Source: Octopus vulgaris (lineage: Eukaryota). Taken from it: DNA of 64,000 bases. The number at the start of each line of letters is the position of its first letter. Within the stretch, counting starts at the first letter, position 1. A program made the position numbers and the translations under genes. Positions 61,227 to 64,000 of the stretch are shown piece after piece. The notes below the pieces were generated by a model, which worked only from the letters and a program-made list of their open reading frames with translations, was not told the DNA's origin and searched no databases. The stretch spans positions 100,750,001 to 100,814,000 of the forward strand of contig OX597823.1 of assembly GCA_951406725.2 (NCBI GenBank), written 5' to 3'.

Positions 61227-63368
61227 GTATGTGTGTATGTGTGAGCGCGTATGTGTGTGTGTGTATGTATATATATATTATATCTTTGCTTCAGTCATTG
61301 AACTGCGACCATGCTGGACCACCGTATTGAGTGGTTTAGTCAGATTGGTACAAGGAATTACTTTTTAAAAGCTGGGTACTTATTTTATCAGTATTTTTCG
61401 CCTAATAGCTAAGTTACGGTAATGCAAAAAAGCCAACACCAATTAAGCGGTGGTAGGGGACAAACACGCACGTGCACACACATATATGTATAGAGTGTTT
61501 GAAGTGTTGTACAGATATTGTATATTTAAAAAAAAGTAGTCAGAATTTTGGATAATTCTGTATTAGTGCTTTCGTTCGTTTATCGAACTCGTCAAGACAA
61601 ATTTAAAGCTAAAATTATACAAAATTCTGACTGCCTTCTTTTTCTCAACACACACACACACACACACACATACACACACGCACGCACACACATACATACA
61701 CACACACACACGCACATCAGATTTCTTTCAGTTTCTGTCCACCAAATCCACTCACAAATCTTTGGTCAGCTGGGGACCACATTAGATAACGCTTACCCAA
61801 AGTGCCACGCAGAGGGACTGAACTCAGAATAATGGGAAGCAAACTTCTTACCACACATATTACGTAGACGCGCGCGCGCGCGCGCGCACACACACACACA
61901 CAGATATAGAGCAACAGAAACAGATGCAAATATAAGTTGGTATTTGTATAATTGTATTTATGTCTGTCGCTCTATAAGTGCGCGCGCGCGCGCGCGTGTG
62001 TGTGTACATCTGTACTTATGTGTGTGTATGTGTGCAGGTGTATGTAAAATAATATCCATTACTCCAATGAATGGACTTCATTCCCATTGTTCCGAATTCA
62101 TTTGACCCACAAAAATAAAAAAAAAAAAGTACGGAATTGAGTGTTTGAAGTTCAGAAACATCAACAGATTAACTACAATGGATAAACCCATTGACACAGC
62201 TCCAATAAAATGAATAACTCGGTTCTGAGAATCGTATGTGTGTAAAAACAACTACACGTGTGTAAAAACAGCCTTATAAGGTTCAAATGTCCATATAAGG
62301 AGAAAAAAGTCGGTTCTTGTTGCTGAGATTAATCGATATACGTACAGCTGTTTGCTCCGCCCAATCTCCATTATTCACACAAATATAGAGAACCTAGATT
62401 TACATGTTCACATAGGAATTCTTGCAAACCTGAATGACAAATGGTAAAAGCCATTGAAGATGGCTGGAAACAGAGAGTGAGGGGGGGCATATGTGCGTGT
62501 GTGTATATGAGTGCAAGTGTGTGTGTCAGGACTGGGGGGGGGTTTAAAGAGAAAGAAATAATGAAAGTAAAGATATATAAAGGTAAACGAAAGTAATAAA
62601 GGGAAAATGAGAGAGAGAGAGAGAAGGAGGAAGAATAAGGAAAGCGTGAAAGAGGAATGAGAAAGCGGGAGAAAGAAAATGAGTGACGAAGAGAGAACAA
62701 GAAGCATTGAGTGCGTCCTTATGTGCGTGCGGGTGTTCATGTATAAAGGTAGAAAATATAAAGAAAATGTGTGCATGTGTGCCTGCGGGCATGTCTATCT
62801 CTTTCTCTCTCTCTCTCTCTCGGCGAATATCTCCCCCTCCCTCCCCCTCTCTCTCTATCGATCTGTCTATTTGTCTGCATCAATTTGATAGACAACAGAA
62901 AAGCCAAAATAAATAATAAACATCAAAATTCAACCTGAGAAGTGGCAGACGAACAAAAAATGGTTCGTAATAAATGTTTAAAATTTTGGCCCAAAGCCGT
63001 CTTTTTATGCCTGTGTGTGTGTGGAGGGGGGGGCAGCGATCCCAGTACTTGACAAGTATTTTATTTTACCAACCCCAAAAGAATAAAAGACTAGGCTGAC
63101 TGCATCAGTTTTTAATAATGCTACCAAAAGTTAATTCTAAGAAATTAAAAGGTGCAATCACAGTGATAATAATGGTTTGAAATTTCGACACAAGGCCAGC
63201 AGTTTTAGGGGCAAAAGGGCTTAGTCGATTACATCAACCTTGTTTTATCAACAAGGATGAAAGGTAAAGTTGACTGCAGCAGAATTTGAACTCAGAATGT
63301 AATTAGAAGAAATATCATGAATCATTTTGTCCGATGCTCAAACGATTCTGCCAGCTCACTGCCTTAAA

Positions 63369-63406
<38 letters not shown>

Positions 63407-63408
<2 letters not shown>

Positions 63409-63956
63409 GCCCTGATGCAGTACCAGGCAGTGGCTCTCATGGCTTCTGATCTTAACTGATTGGAAGTGTTATCATGTACATTGTTTTGTCTTGGTATAAA
63501 AGATGGGCTACAGCAAATATTCTGCTCAATACCACAGATTTGCTTGTCAGTTGTTTGACCTTAACCAGTTGAGCATGTCCCTTAGTGGCTGACGATATGT
63601 GCATCTCTGATCACGAGCAGACGTAGTGGGGGAGCATCATGTGTTGAGAGGGATTCTTTGGGGTTTGAATAGTTCACCTCTGGAAACATGGGTGGTTCTT
63701 TCAACATCCTTAAACAACCCTTATTCAGGGACCGTTTGAGCGGGATGGGCTACTCAACCTGAAGAAAATTCTAACTGGGCCCCATCTGCAAGGTCATGTG
63801 CTGTTTATCTTGATATGAGATCACCATGTCGCGCACATATGGTTGTGATGCATGTGCCTGGTGTACCTTTATCAGACGGGTAGTCATGATGGGTATATTG
63901 GGCTTCGTATATTTTACCCCAGTGTCACTTTGATGGCATGAACTGCTCTCTCACTC

Positions 63957-63957
<1 letters not shown>
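63407..63957. mobile_element. 550-bp non-coding element embedded in a (TAA)n tract
   Basis: (TAA)n in the same orientation on both sides; higher GC interior with no ORF. Confidence 0.55.
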
Positions 63958-63994
<37 letters not shown>

Positions 63995-64000
63995 TGATGA

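Overview
AT-rich, microsatellite-saturated eukaryotic DNA with no recognisable host protein-coding exon. The repeat families (tRNA-derived Meta/CORE-type SINEs, RTE LINEs with (TGA)n tails, (TA)n seas) look like an octopus/cephalopod intron or intergenic region; this is inference. Almost all of the window is transposon-derived: CR1/L2-, RTE-, Tx1/L1- and R4/Dong-type LINE fragments, a pogo remnant split by a solo LTR, a mariner, and a GC-rich Gypsy-type LTR element (51540-55751). The most striking signal is a dense set of Penelope-like elements (PLEs) and hammerhead ribozymes (HHRs). It includes a near full-length Naiad-like PLE (18776-22369) with an Asn-rich insert and three intact HHRs, and two Neptune-like PLE fragments with fold-back ends. 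Several ORF-less units carry HHRs as partial tandems and/or fold-back palindromes: a 355-bp unit, a 594-bp unit and a 156-bp perfect palindrome. A 768-bp unit has the same architecture but only split HHR-like motifs. These resemble non-autonomous retrozyme/circRNA-like elements. About 18 intact or eroded HHR motifs from roughly 8 families are visible between 6.8 and 32.2 kb, with several different self-complementary stem III sequences. Most ORF-track entries are microsatellite or antisense artefacts. All identifications were made by eye, without database searches.
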